Shown here: positions 10,358-21,557 of the stretch, one piece after another | How positions within the stretch are numbered: position 1 is the first letter of the stretch | How the letters are laid out: every line of letters starts with the position of its first letter | NCBI GenBank assembly: GCA_965204575.1 | Contig: OZ241993.1 | Location: 1,568,001-1,632,000, forward strand | Source: an uncultured candidatus Porisulfidus sp. | GTDB taxonomy: Bacteria; Pseudomonadota; Gammaproteobacteria; Poriferisulfidales; Poriferisulfidaceae | Length of the DNA: 64,000 nt | Direction of reading: 5' to 3' | Position numbers and translations under genes: made by a program | Notes under the pieces: model-generated | Told to the model about the DNA's origin: nothing | What the model saw: the letters and a program-made list of their open reading frames with translations, nothing else | Databases searched by the model: none

Positions 10358-12693
10358 GATTCGTCTGGCGGAGGCAGAAGCACCTCGCGGGCGCCCCCCG
10401 GCTGCACCGCACCGACAATCCCCGCTTTCTCCATTTCCTCGATCATCCGGGCGGCACGGTTGTAACCGACCTTGAGACGCCGCTGCAGGTACGAGACGGA
10501 GGCCTTCCGGTCCCGGCGCACGATCTCCACCGCCGCCTGATACAGCGGATCCTCGGCGCCCTCTTCATCACTTTCCTCGGTCAGCCCGGGAATTGAGACG
10601 GTCGTGTCTTCTTGTGTGACTTCTTCCAGATAGTCGGGCTCGCCACCGTGCTCGCGCAGGTACTTGGCTACCTGGCGGACCTCGTCGTCCGAAATGAACG
10701 CGCCATGGACCCGCTTGGGCAACGTCTCTCCCGAATCCAGGAACAGCATGTCCCCATGCCCCAGCAGTTGTTCCGCTCCGCCCTGGTCCAGAATCGTGCG
10801 CGAGTCGATCTGCGAGGCAACCCGGAAAGAAATACGCGCGGGGATATTCGACTTGATCAGGCCGGTGATCACTTCCCGCGTCGGGCGCTGCGTGGCAAGA
10901 ATCAGGTGGATGCCGGCGGCACGGGCCTTCTGTGCCAGGCGAATGATGTAATCCTCGACCTTTTTCCCGGCCACCATCATCATGTCTGCGAATTCATCAA
11001 TCACGACCACGATATGGGGCAGATGTTCCAACGGCGGCACCTCGTCGTCCTCGCCAAGGCTCTCGTGTGTCGGATTCGGGATGGGTTCCTTGTTCTTGGC
11101 CGCTTCTTCGATCTTCCGGTTGTAGCCGTTCAAGTTGCGCACGCCCAGCCTCGACATGACCGTATAGCGTCGCTCCATCTCGCCCACGCACCACAACAGG
11201 GCCCGGGCCGCCTGCCCCATGTTGGTGACCACCGGGGTCAGCAAATTGGGAATGCCTTCGTAAATGGCGAGTTCCAGCATCTTCGGGTCGATCAGGATCA
11301 ACCGCAGGTCCCGCGGCAGGGCCTTGTACAACAAGCTCAAAATCATGGCGTTGATCGCCACCGACTTCCCGGAGCCGGTCGTCCCGGCCACCAGAAGGTG
11401 CGGCATTTTCGCCAGGTCGCAAACCACCGGTTCGCCGCTGATGCTCTTGCCGAGCGCCAGCGTCAGCAAGGACGGGGACTGGTTGAACGCGGCCGACCGC
11501 AGGATCTCGCTGGCCATCACCATCTCGCGGTCCTCGTTCGGCACCTCCAGGCCGATGACCGCTTTCCCCTCGACCACTTCCTCCACGCGGACGCTGACCA
11601 CCGACAGCGAGCGTGCCAGGTCCTTCGCATAGCTGCTGATCTTGCTGCCCCGCACTCCCGGGGCCGGCTCCAGGTCGAAGCGAGTCACGATCGGGCCGGG
11701 CGTCACGGCCACTACCGTGACGTCAACCTTGAATTCTTCCATTTTGATTTCAATCTGTTTCGACATATTGCTGAGAGCTTCCTCAGAATAGCCCATGCTC
11801 CCTTCCACGGGTTCGTCCAACAGGTCGAGCGGCGGCAATTCCTTGGTGCCGCTGGCGGGCAGCAAGGAAATCTGCTTCTCTTTTGCCTGCCTTTTGATAT
11901 CGGCTTCGATCTGGATCTTGGGTTCGATCCGGGTGGGACTCTTGGCCGCCCTTTTCGCCTTTGTCCGCTTCCGTTTTTCTTCCCGCTGCTGGCGATCCTG
12001 GCGTCCGGAAAAATATTCGCGAATGCGCTGGGTTCCTGCGGCCGCCGCAGTCCCTCCCTCCCAGGCCCATTTTCCGGCCAGATCCACGACCTTCAGCCAC
12101 GAAAAGCTGGTCCACAGGGTGGTGCCGACTAACAGCAGTGCCAGCAGCAGCACCGTTGCACCCACTTCGCTGAACGCTGCGACGAACCCGCTCGCGACGC
12201 CTTTCCCGATCAGCCCGCCGCTTCCGGTCGGCAAGACCGGGGCCAACAGGTAGATTCCGATCAGGGCACAGGCCGCCATCAGCGTCATGAAGAATCCACC
12301 CCAGCGCATCGCGGCCAAACCCCAACCAGGCTTCTTCGCATCCCCTGGGATTGCCCTCTGGCTGTATAGAAGCCAGCCGTGATACCCCAGCATGAACGGA
12401 ACCAGGTATGCGATATAGCCCAACAGGTACAGCAACAAATCGGCCACGATCGCGCCGACCTTTCCGGCTGCGTTCCGGACGCTCCCGTCCCCGGTGTCGA
12501 ACCAACTCGGATCGTCCGGATGGTAAGTAATCAATGCGACCAGCAGGTAGACGGCCAAGGCCGAAAAGACGAGCAGCGCGCCCTCGCGGAACACCGGAGA
12601 CATGCGGGGAGGCTGCGAATCTTGCTTTTTCGCGCGTTTAGGGGGCTTCTTTTTCAAAACGGGAGCGAGATGTTTGCTCAAATTATAGGGCAA
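10354..12693 (-). CDS. ftsK: DNA translocase FtsK
   Basis: N-terminal TM domain; PHLLVAGTTGSGKS and LATQRP motifs; gamma domain LQRRLKVGYNRAAR. Start approximate. Confidence 0.96.
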   Translation of the reverse strand: MPYNLSKHLAPVLKKKPPKRAKKQDSQPPRMSPVFREGALLVFSALAVYLLVALITYHPDDPSWFDTGDGSVRNAAGKVGAIVADLLLYLLGYIAYLVPFMLGYHGWLLYSQRAIPGDAKKPGWGLAAMRWGGFFMTLMAACALIGIYLLAPVLPTGSGGLIGKGVASGFVAAFSEVGATVLLLALLLVGTTLWTSFSWLKVVDLAGKWAWEGGTAAAAGTQRIREYFSGRQDRQQREEKRKRTKAKRAAKSPTRIEPKIQIEADIKRQAKEKQISLLPASGTKELPPLDLLDEPVEGSMGYSEEALSNMSKQIEIKMEEFKVDVTVVAVTPGPIVTRFDLEPAPGVRGSKISSYAKDLARSLSVVSVRVEEVVEGKAVIGLEVPNEDREMVMASEILRSAAFNQSPSLLTLALGKSISGEPVVCDLAKMPHLLVAGTTGSGKSVAINAMILSLLYKALPRDLRLILIDPKMLELAIYEGIPNLLTPVVTNMGQAARALLWCVGEMERRYTVMSRLGVRNLNGYNRKIEEAAKNKEPIPNPTHESLGEDDEVPPLEHLPHIVVVIDEFADMMMVAGKKVEDYIIRLAQKARAAGIHLILATQRPTREVITGLIKSNIPARISFRVASQIDSRTILDQGGAEQLLGHGDMLFLDSGETLPKRVHGAFISDDEVRQVAKYLREHGGEPDYLEEVTQEDTTVSIPGLTEESDEEGAEDPLYQAAVEIVRRDRKASVSYLQRRLKVGYNRAARMIEEMEKAGIVGAVQPGGAREVLLPPPDES

Positions 12694-12719
12694 GGCGCTC
12701 CCGGCTTCCGCTAAAATAG

Positions 12720-13685
<966 letters not shown>

Positions 13686-13781
13686 ATGACGCCAGAACGC
13701 ACACGCCGCGTGTGCCTGGGCTGGTCTCAGCCGCTCACGGCAGCGCAAGACGAAGCCATTCCATCACGTCTCCGTTCAGCG

Positions 13782-16679
13782 TCAAAAACTCATGTGGGCG
13801 GTAATCCTGGCCTTGACTTCCGTATCTTCAGCGGAACTTGAGATGTCGCTCGCAGCGCCCAGTTCTCCCCGCAGGGTCAGTTTGTCCTGCAGTACGCTCC
13901 TTTCTCCGCCCATCGCGATGCGGACACGTGTGCGCGACATGCGCTGGCTAAGTGATGTCCCCGACACGTCTACACTGGTGCCGGTCCCAAACTCCCGCTG
14001 AAACTCAGCGAGCACCCAGCCTTGGCTTCCTTCAAATGTCACGCCAAGCCCGCCCATCGTTCGGTCGTCCGAATCGGACGATACACGCCCTCCGAACTTG
14101 TCCACGAAACTGTCGGGGTCAACTTCCGAATACACAACCCGGACATGCGGCGTGGCGGTCAGTTGGGCCATTTCCAGGCGTCGGCCAGACTCAAGAGCAA
14201 GCGCCCAACCCATGCCATCGACACCGGATTTCAGTGTTCCCCGAGCAGTTCCCGAAAGGTCGATGTCGTACCAGTTCGCAGCACCCTGGGCGTCAAAATA
14301 AACTCCATTTTGAAGGCGCCAGGTCAACGATGCTCCCAACCCGTAACTTTCCGTGTCGATTTCGCCTCCGCCCAAGTCGGGCCTCCCAGAGATGTCCGTA
14401 GATGAGTCGCCGTAGTGGACACTCACCCCCGCTTCGAAACCCTCGCCGACCAGAAACCCGTATCCCGCCTGCAGGACCCAGCGTTCCATTTGCCAGTCGG
14501 TGCCGGTCGTCGAGTCTGTCGGCCCCCGAGTAGCACGGCTGCCTTCCGCCCGCATCCAGAATGGTTCGGCTTGCGATGTCGCACGACCTCGCTCTTGCCA
14601 TGTCGACAGGCGATTCAATGTGTGAAGCGTCTCGGGGAGTGATTCATATATGAAAGCGCGCGGTCCAAATTCCCGGCCAAACTCGACAATGTCGAAGTCC
14701 GGGTCGCCATCGGCCTTCCTGACCGTCAGGTCGAAAACAGATTCAGGCGTGGGGGCTGTCCGCTGGATCACCTCGCCGTTGTCGACGAGTTTCGCTCCGT
14801 GCGCTTCCACGTCCAAATTATGACCATCCCTGTTCTGGTTCCAGACCTGCTGGCCATCGATACGCGGGTTGCCGCGAAGGATGACGTCAAGATCCCCACC
14901 CGTATTGTGAGCCGCCACTTTCGTCTCCGCGACGATTTGCCCTTCGATCGTGATGATGCTCCTTCCTTGAGTCTTTATCCCATATCCATCGCCTTTGATC
15001 TCGATCCATGAATTGATGCCGGTCCGGACCATATTCGTGCCGGTCCCGCCCGTGCCGTCCACATGGATTCCATGTCCGTCGCCGCTCGCGGTGATTCGCC
15101 CCTCGACCGTGACGTCGCTCGCTCCCTGGGCGTAGATCCCCGCGCCTGCCCCTTCAATCTCGATTCGTGAATTGGCACCGGTCCGGATCGTACTCCTGTC
15201 GGTTCCGCCCGTGCCGTCCACGTGGATTCCATGCCCGTCGCCACCCACGGTGATTCGCCCCCCGGCCGTGATGTCGCTCTTTCCCTGGACGAAGATTCCC
15301 GCGCCTCCCCCTTCGACCTCGATTCGTGAATTGGTGCCGGTCCCGATCGTATTCGTGCCGGTACTGCTTACATAGACTCCATGCCCACCGCTGCCCGCGG
15401 TGATTCGCCCCCCGACCGTGATGTCGCTTTCTCCTTGGGCGAAGATTCCATACCCGCCGTCTCCGGTCTCTATTTGTGAAGTGGAATCCATTGTGATGCG
15501 ATTGGCGCCCGTGTTGTCCGGATTTTCCTGGCGGTAGATCAGAATCCCGTGGACATTGGCGGCGGTCGTCACGACCTTGCTGTTGACGAGGTTGATGTCA
15601 ATATCCAGATTGTCCGCCGCTTCCGGGTTGGTCGAGTGCACGGGATTCCGCGTGAAAATGCCGTAACTCGCCACACCCTCCGTGACGATGCTGCTGTTGC
15701 TCAGGAGAATGTCGATCTTTCCGGAGCCCTGATGCCGCGCGTAAAGTCCATACGCGGCAAACCTCGGAGTACTGGTTCGAATCTCCGAGTCTCTCACCTT
15801 CAGCGAAAGCGTCTTATCTCCCGGGTCCGGGGCCCGGCCGAACTTTTTCGCATTCCATACGACGCCGTTTACGCCATAGCCATCCGCAGTGATGATTTTC
15901 ACGCGTTCCGCATTGACGCTCACGTTGCCGTTCGCATCATGCCAACCCCCAATGGCATGGCCACTTGGGCCGGTGGTGGTGATCTGCGTATCCGCCACGT
16001 CGACCCGGACATCGCCTGTGCCGACATGCACGCCGTTGATGGCACGGGCATACGTGCTGAAGGTGCTCTTTTCAACGGTCAGGGCAAGATCTCGGCGCGT
16101 TGCGGAGGTATCCGCATCGTGCGCAGAGAGAGTCAGGTTGAAACCCCTCGCATTGGCGCTGCCTGCATCCGCCTCGGTCGTCGTCAACTCGACCCCTGAG
16201 ACCAAGGCCGACAAGTTGCCCGGACCATTGTGCTCAATCCAGACGCCATTGGGTCGTGTCGGGAAATAGTCGTGGGGGTCATCCACACTATCGTTGATCA
16301 CGATTCCGTTCCCGCCTTTCAGGTCCCGGAACTCGATCGTGTAATCGTTCGTCTCCGGGGGTGGATAGCCTAGCCGGTAGACGATATTTCCATCCGTTGC
16401 CGGGTCGTAGGTCTCCGCATCACAAACGATGGTCCCTCCGGAAGCCGGGGCTGCACCGCATTCATCGTCCGCCAGAGCCGTCTGGCCTGCCAGTCCCAGC
16501 ACAGCGATAGATAGGAAAAGCCCTCTCAGGGGAAGGCCAATGACTGAAAACTTCTTTGGGAGGCGAACTAAAGCGGCAATTCGCCGCGAAAAACAAGGTG
16601 ATTCTAATTTAAGGGGGGGGGGGGGGTCAACGCCGCAACATCGCAGCAGGAACCCTCTGGAGATAAAGAACCCATTCAC
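13782..16679 (-). CDS. Type Va autotransporter (beta-helical passenger plus C-terminal beta-barrel), probable adhesin
   Basis: AGGAGG RBS before GTG 16679; long N-region then a signal peptide ending ALA|DDE; Gly/Ile/Thr-rich repeats; barrel motifs (YFDAQGAANWY, ALESGRRL) and terminal Phe. Confidence 0.85.
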   Translation of the reverse strand: MNGFFISRGFLLRCCGVDPPPPLKLESPCFSRRIAALVRLPKKFSVIGLPLRGLFLSIAVLGLAGQTALADDECGAAPASGGTIVCDAETYDPATDGNIVYRLGYPPPETNDYTIEFRDLKGGNGIVINDSVDDPHDYFPTRPNGVWIEHNGPGNLSALVSGVELTTTEADAGSANARGFNLTLSAHDADTSATRRDLALTVEKSTFSTYARAINGVHVGTGDVRVDVADTQITTTGPSGHAIGGWHDANGNVSVNAERVKIITADGYGVNGVVWNAKKFGRAPDPGDKTLSLKVRDSEIRTSTPRFAAYGLYARHQGSGKIDILLSNSSIVTEGVASYGIFTRNPVHSTNPEAADNLDIDINLVNSKVVTTAANVHGILIYRQENPDNTGANRITMDSTSQIETGDGGYGIFAQGESDITVGGRITAGSGGHGVYVSSTGTNTIGTGTNSRIEVEGGGAGIFVQGKSDITAGGRITVGGDGHGIHVDGTGGTDRSTIRTGANSRIEIEGAGAGIYAQGASDVTVEGRITASGDGHGIHVDGTGGTGTNMVRTGINSWIEIKGDGYGIKTQGRSIITIEGQIVAETKVAAHNTGGDLDVILRGNPRIDGQQVWNQNRDGHNLDVEAHGAKLVDNGEVIQRTAPTPESVFDLTVRKADGDPDFDIVEFGREFGPRAFIYESLPETLHTLNRLSTWQERGRATSQAEPFWMRAEGSRATRGPTDSTTGTDWQMERWVLQAGYGFLVGEGFEAGVSVHYGDSSTDISGRPDLGGGEIDTESYGLGASLTWRLQNGVYFDAQGAANWYDIDLSGTARGTLKSGVDGMGWALALESGRRLEMAQLTATPHVRVVYSEVDPDSFVDKFGGRVSSDSDDRTMGGLGVTFEGSQGWVLAEFQREFGTGTSVDVSGTSLSQRMSRTRVRIAMGGERSVLQDKLTLRGELGAASDISSSAEDTEVKARITAHMSF
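14960..15480 (-). repeat. 3-4 imperfect tandem repeats of 150-159 bp (50-53 aa) in the autotransporter passenger
   Basis: GTGATTCGCCC recurs at 15091, 15250 and 15400; protein unit resembles SRIEIEGxGxGIxAQGxSDITVxGRITAGxDGHGIHVDGTGGT. Confidence 0.85.
16613..16626 (-). repeat. Homopolymer G14 (C14 on the coding strand) in the autotransporter 5' coding region
   Basis: Counted directly; it reads GAC CCC CCC CCC CCC CTT (DPPPPL). Confidence 0.95.
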
Positions 16680-16879
16680 AGCTCCTCCTGTTAGGAATTT
16701 TCTTCGTGGACTGGCCGAAATTCTAGCACATCCTTCGGCCCGCACGGTGCAAGTTCAGGTCGAGAAAGCCTGACCTGCAGCTGTCAACTAATCGCTATAA
16801 GACTCCTTGAGAGTCTGATGCACTTGCACACACAATCCCGACCGCAATAATCACGCAGGCTGCGTTCGGCGGGCGAAAA

Positions 16880-17908
16880 TCACTCGGGCTCCTCGCCTCC
16901 CTCCAGAATGTCGGCCCAGCGCAGTGCCATGCTGTCGTGGGCGAAGGACGGGATTCGGAACGCCCAGTCCTCAAGGTGTCGGGCAAGCATACTCGCCCGG
17001 GCACGATCCTCGTCGCTCATGTCCTCTCCCAAGTGCACCGCAAAGCGGGCATACCGTTCCACATCCACCGGGAACAAGCGCGCCTCCAGGCTATAGCCCT
17101 GATAGAACTCGTACCGGGCCCGGGCCGCGTCTTCCAGGTAAACCTCGGCCTGGGATACCGGCATGACATCCTCCAGCGACAGGCTGGTGATGGCGCTGGC
17201 CATGCGGTTGAGCGCGTACTCGTTTTTCAGCATCGCGCCTTCGGGGAGGTCGAGTACGGTGAATTTCACGTCCGCGGCGTCTTCCGCACGTTGTCCCTCG
17301 ATTCTTTCGCCATCCGGGTGCACGACTTCCATCCGGCGTATATGCTCCATCCCGATATCCAGTAGCTCCGGGTCGAGCCAGCGCCGCGGTTCGTTTGGGA
17401 TCGTGAACGTCCGGTCCACAAGCCAGCCCTGATCGTCATCGGCATTTCGTACATAAGTGGCGCTGCGTCCATCCGGGTTCGCGCCAATGCGAACCGACCG
17501 GGCACCTTCCGCGGAATGAAGCGCGACCTGCTGTCCTTTTGCCTCAAGCCGTTCGATTCCACCCAGGCCCAACTGGGCATGCTGCGCCGGATCATGGGTC
17601 TTGCGCTCAAGCAGTTTCGCTTTCGACAAATCCAGCAACAGGCTGCGGATGGTGCCTACATTCGCAGGATAGTGCTGGCGCTGCACCACTCCCCACCCTT
17701 CCGGGCGACGCTCCAGGGTGACCTGCGGCATGCTCCCCGGCCCGGTGACGTCGATGCGGGTTACGGAGTTGATATCGAGATTCTCAAGCCACAAGCTCCC
17801 GATGTATTCCTGGTCGCCGGACTGGTAGCGAATGTTGTACGTCGCGGCAGTCAGGAGCAGCACGACCCCAGTCAGGATCGCCAGGGTGCTCAGTTCGCGA
17901 CGGTTCAT
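16880..17908 (-). CDS. DUF4340-domain membrane-anchored protein
   Basis: N-terminal TM; YPAN, KT.DP..HAQLGL and TYVR motifs; ATG overlaps the stop of the GldG-like gene. Confidence 0.72.
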   Translation of the reverse strand: MNRRELSTLAILTGVVLLLTAATYNIRYQSGDQEYIGSLWLENLDINSVTRIDVTGPGSMPQVTLERRPEGWGVVQRQHYPANVGTIRSLLLDLSKAKLLERKTHDPAQHAQLGLGGIERLEAKGQQVALHSAEGARSVRIGANPDGRSATYVRNADDDQGWLVDRTFTIPNEPRRWLDPELLDIGMEHIRRMEVVHPDGERIEGQRAEDAADVKFTVLDLPEGAMLKNEYALNRMASAITSLSLEDVMPVSQAEVYLEDAARARYEFYQGYSLEARLFPVDVERYARFAVHLGEDMSDEDRARASMLARHLEDWAFRIPSFAHDSMALRWADILEGGEEPE

Positions 17909-19788
17909 GAGGTCACCCTCCGGGAACGGCGCCGGCGCTGAAACAGCCACAGGCCGACTGCAGCCATCGTGACCAAGACCGGAACCAGCCAGATATTGAC
18001 CAGGCGCAGGACGAAGCCGAGATGTTCGATATCCCGGTCCAGTTCGTGTCGAACCGAGCGCAACTCACGGCGCACCCGCAACCGCTCCTGCTGGAACGCC
18101 TCGATTTCAGCCCGCTGCTGTTCCGTCAACAGGCTCTGCTCCCCTTCCTGTCTCAGCTGCTGGATCCGGCTGATGCTCTCCTCCGCCTCCTGCAGCCGCT
18201 GCTGGAGCTCCTCCTCCTTGGCATGGAACCGCTGCTCCGCCTGTCGCCGCAGTTGTTCGACCACATGGAACGGTCGCGAGAATTCGGAACGGCCCCGCAA
18301 GCCGATCAGGTCACCACTGCCAGCCAGGCTCTCCAGCGCATTGACTACGAAATCACCGTTGCTGGCCCAGGCCTGTACGATCCGCTGCCCGAAAAAGTTC
18401 TGTACCCGCGCCCACAAGGTATCCGACAGCATGTCGGCATCCGCGACCACGATCGCATCGACCACCTCCCGCGCCTCGGCCAGATGTCCATCCGCAGGCT
18501 GAGCCGCATCCGCGGGCGGACCCTCCGGGAACATGCTGCCCGGCTGCAGCCGCACCCAAGCAGCCAGCGTCAAGGGGATGCCGCCGGGTTCGAACCACTC
18601 CAGCAAGGCAGTCGGGTCGGGAAGGTGCCGGTAGCGCGGTTTTGGAATCTCGCCGGAGTCCTCCGACGTGTACAAGAGCGGCTCGAACTCGCCCTGAAAC
18701 GCATCCGTCTTCTTGATCTGGCCCGCGAACCCGAACGTGACCCGGGACAGCTGGGCGGAGATCAGGTTGTCCTTGTTGATTCGTTCCTCGTCGAGCCCGA
18801 TGAACGAGATATGGCGAATCGGCCGCTGGATGTTCGGGCTTTGCACCGGCAGGGCCAGGGCCCGGTCGGCCACGATCGCGTCCATGTCGATCTCGAGTCC
18901 CCACGCGTCCAGCAACCGGTCGATGTCGGAGGCCTGAATCCCGCCCGAATCCGGAGGATTGCTGGCATCCTGGAACATGGGGTCCTTGTCCGCGTACGGG
19001 TCGGCAAACAGCATCAACCGGCCCCCGCGCATCAGGAATTGGTCCACCGCATACAGCATTTTCTCGGACAGGTCCTTCGGGTGAATCAGTATCAGGATCC
19101 GAATGTCCGGGTCGATCACTCCGGCTTCGACGTCGATCTGGCGGGCCTCGAACAGCCGTTCGATATGGTCGAGAATCGCCCACTGGGGCGTGGACCGCTG
19201 GCTCGCCAGGTCAAACCCGCCGAACACCTGCAGGCCGGTGAGAATTCCCACCACAGGTTTTGCCGGATTCGTCAGGGCATAAATCAACTGGCTGATGTCG
19301 TACTCAAGGAAAGCTTCGCGGTCCGGCTGAAAGAATTCGATGACCTCGACGTCATCCACCACGTTCGTGCCAACCAGGCCGAAATACAACTTGTCGCCGC
19401 CCTGCACCGGGAGCGATTGCAGGTTGAACTCCGTCGCCCGGTCCTCCTCTTCCGAATACGGCGCCGGATCGATCACGTGCAGGATCAGCCGACCGTCCGA
19501 GTAATGCGCATACTCTTCCAGCAATTCCCGAACCCGCCGCGCGTAGTTGCGCAGGGGCGCGTTCTCCGCGCTGGCCCGGTCCGAGAAGAACAGGTACAGG
19601 TTGATCGGCTGCTGGATGCTGTCGATCACCCTCAGGGTGCCCTCGCTCATGGTATAGAGCTTCTGCTCGGTCAGATCCAGCCGCATGTTGTCCAGGGCCA
19701 GGTTGCTCAACATGATGGAGGAGACAAACAGCACGGCCAGCAGGCCGAGCCCTGCCGCCGTATAGGTCTTTCTGTTCGAGCCGTTCAT
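17905..19788 (-). CDS. GldG-family ABC transporter auxiliary component
   Basis: RLDLTEQKLYTMSEGT, YFGLVG, EYDISQLI, DQFLMRGG and ADADML motifs; C-terminal coiled coil and TM. The real start is ATG 19788. Confidence 0.88.
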   Translation of the reverse strand: MNGSNRKTYTAAGLGLLAVLFVSSIMLSNLALDNMRLDLTEQKLYTMSEGTLRVIDSIQQPINLYLFFSDRASAENAPLRNYARRVRELLEEYAHYSDGRLILHVIDPAPYSEEEDRATEFNLQSLPVQGGDKLYFGLVGTNVVDDVEVIEFFQPDREAFLEYDISQLIYALTNPAKPVVGILTGLQVFGGFDLASQRSTPQWAILDHIERLFEARQIDVEAGVIDPDIRILILIHPKDLSEKMLYAVDQFLMRGGRLMLFADPYADKDPMFQDASNPPDSGGIQASDIDRLLDAWGLEIDMDAIVADRALALPVQSPNIQRPIRHISFIGLDEERINKDNLISAQLSRVTFGFAGQIKKTDAFQGEFEPLLYTSEDSGEIPKPRYRHLPDPTALLEWFEPGGIPLTLAAWVRLQPGSMFPEGPPADAAQPADGHLAEAREVVDAIVVADADMLSDTLWARVQNFFGQRIVQAWASNGDFVVNALESLAGSGDLIGLRGRSEFSRPFHVVEQLRRQAEQRFHAKEEELQQRLQEAEESISRIQQLRQEGEQSLLTEQQRAEIEAFQQERLRVRRELRSVRHELDRDIEHLGFVLRLVNIWLVPVLVTMAAVGLWLFQRRRRSRRVTS

Positions 19789-20519
19789 GCGGCCTTGCGA
19801 GCCCGGACCACGATCATGTTCGCGTACAGCCAGGCCGAGATCAGGATCACGAAGTAGGACAGGTCCCGCAAGTCGATCACGCCCTTGTTGATCGAGGAAA
19901 AGTGGGTCAGGAAGCTCAGCGACGCGATGGCATCGACGACCGGCTGCGGGAGCCATAGCTGGAAGAAGTCCAGCACCAGCGGGAAGCCGCTCAGCAGGAA
20001 CAGGAAGCAAGTCACCAGGCTGAGGATGAATGCCACGACCTGGTTGCGCGTGGTCGCGGAAATGCAGGCGCCGATGGCCATGAACCCGCCCGCCATCAGG
20101 AAACTGCCTAGGTAGGCGCCCAGGATGATGCCGTTGTCCGGATCGCCCAGATAGTTGACCGTGAGCCAGATCGGGAACGTCAGGAACAACGCGATGCCGG
20201 TGAAAATCCAGGCTGCCAGGAACTTCCCGAGTACCGCCTGCGGCACGGTCACCGGGAGCGTCATCAGCAGTTCGATGCTGCCGGTCTTCCGCTCCTCCGC
20301 CCACAGGCGCATGGAGATGGCCGGGACCAGGAACAGGTACAGCCAGGGGTGGAACGTGAAGAATGCGCCCAGGTCCGCCTGCTCGCGCTCGTAGAAATTT
20401 CCCAGGTAGAAGCTCAGCGTCCCGGACAGCAGGAGGAAGATCATGATAAAGACATAGGCCACCGGTGTCTGGAAATAGCCAACCAGCTCCCGGCGCAGAA
20501 TCGCGATCAGGTTATTCAT
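19785..20519 (-). CDS. ABC-2 permease (GldF-like)
   Basis: RRELVGYFQTPVAYV, SMRLWAEERKTGSIELL and LGKFLA motifs. Confidence 0.92.
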   Translation of the reverse strand: MNNLIAILRRELVGYFQTPVAYVFIMIFLLLSGTLSFYLGNFYEREQADLGAFFTFHPWLYLFLVPAISMRLWAEERKTGSIELLMTLPVTVPQAVLGKFLAAWIFTGIALFLTFPIWLTVNYLGDPDNGIILGAYLGSFLMAGGFMAIGACISATTRNQVVAFILSLVTCFLFLLSGFPLVLDFFQLWLPQPVVDAIASLSFLTHFSSINKGVIDLRDLSYFVILISAWLYANMIVVRARKAA

Positions 20520-21438
20520 GGACGTTATGGGTCAGGGTGTGGAACACGTCGTCCAGCCGCCCGGCCTGGATGTGCAGCGGAACTTCCTTCAGGTTGTGCC
20601 GCAACAGGACATCGCGGACCGCGCCTTCCAGCGTGCAGCCGGGCCGGGGGATCAGGGTCAGACCCTGATTGCGCTCCGGCTCCACCACCGCGACGTCTTC
20701 GAGTTCGCCAAGCGCGACGCGCACCGGCTCCTTCAATTCCGCCTGGACCGTGACGGCATTGCAGTACCGGGAGCGGCGGCGCAACTCCCCGGGGGTTTCG
20801 TCGACCAGGATCTTGCCGGCGGAGACAATGATGGCCCGCGTGCAGATGGCCTCGACCTCCTCGAGAATGTGCGTCGAGATGATGATGGTCTTGTCCTTCG
20901 CCATCTCATTGATGAAGTCGCGCACCTGGCGCTTCTGGTTCGGATCCAGTCCGTCGGTCGGTTCGTCCATGATCAACACGCGCGGGTCGTGCAGCATGGC
21001 CTGCGCCAGGCCGACCCGGCGGCGGTATCCTTTCGACAGGGTGTCGACCGGGCGGTGCAGCACGGGTTCCAATCCCAACTGCCCGATGACCCAGTCCAGT
21101 CGCCCCCGACGATCTTCGGGCCGGCGGATGTCCGCCACGAAATTCAGGAACTGCCACGGCGTCATCTCGCTGTACGCCGGGGCCCCCTCCGGCAGGTAGC
21201 CCAGGCATCTCTTGGCCGCCTCCGGCTGGGTCTCGGCCGGGTGGCCGCAAACCGTCACGCGGCCCGAGGTTGGCGGCAGGAAGCCGGTGATGATCTTCAT
21301 GGTCGTGGACTTTCCGGCGCCGTTCGGTCCGAGAAAACCCAAGACCTCGCCGGACCCGACCTCAAAGCTCAGGTCGTCCACGGCATGCAGGTCACCGTAG
21401 ATCTTGACTAGGTTTTCAACCACAACAGACCCGGACAT
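20512..21438 (-). CDS. ABC transporter ATP-binding protein (GldA-like)
   Basis: GPNGAGKS, LSKGYRRRVG, DEPTDGLDP and STHILEEV motifs. Confidence 0.94.
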   Translation of the reverse strand: MSGSVVVENLVKIYGDLHAVDDLSFEVGSGEVLGFLGPNGAGKSTTMKIITGFLPPTSGRVTVCGHPAETQPEAAKRCLGYLPEGAPAYSEMTPWQFLNFVADIRRPEDRRGRLDWVIGQLGLEPVLHRPVDTLSKGYRRRVGLAQAMLHDPRVLIMDEPTDGLDPNQKRQVRDFINEMAKDKTIIISTHILEEVEAICTRAIIVSAGKILVDETPGELRRRSRYCNAVTVQAELKEPVRVALGELEDVAVVEPERNQGLTLIPRPGCTLEGAVRDVLLRHNLKEVPLHIQAGRLDDVFHTLTHNVHE

Positions 21439-21557
21439 GTGAGCGCTCCTCTCTTTCTTGTGTATACGGGAGTTCAGGCGTCGCCGATTAATATGGGGCT
21501 TGCCCCTGCCGTTTCAAGCGGATTCCGGTTGCTGCGCATGGTCGAGCGACGGCCCCT

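Noticed and set aside
18022-19857. Long antisense ORFs (611 aa here, also 10612-12132, 25403-26848 and others)
   Set aside because: They mirror well-supported genes and are expected from GC-rich codon usage; no family motifs.
19789-20304. 799-aa ORF suggesting a long N-terminal extension of the GldG-like protein
   Set aside because: The extension is an alternate frame of the permease gene; family motifs begin at ATG 19788.
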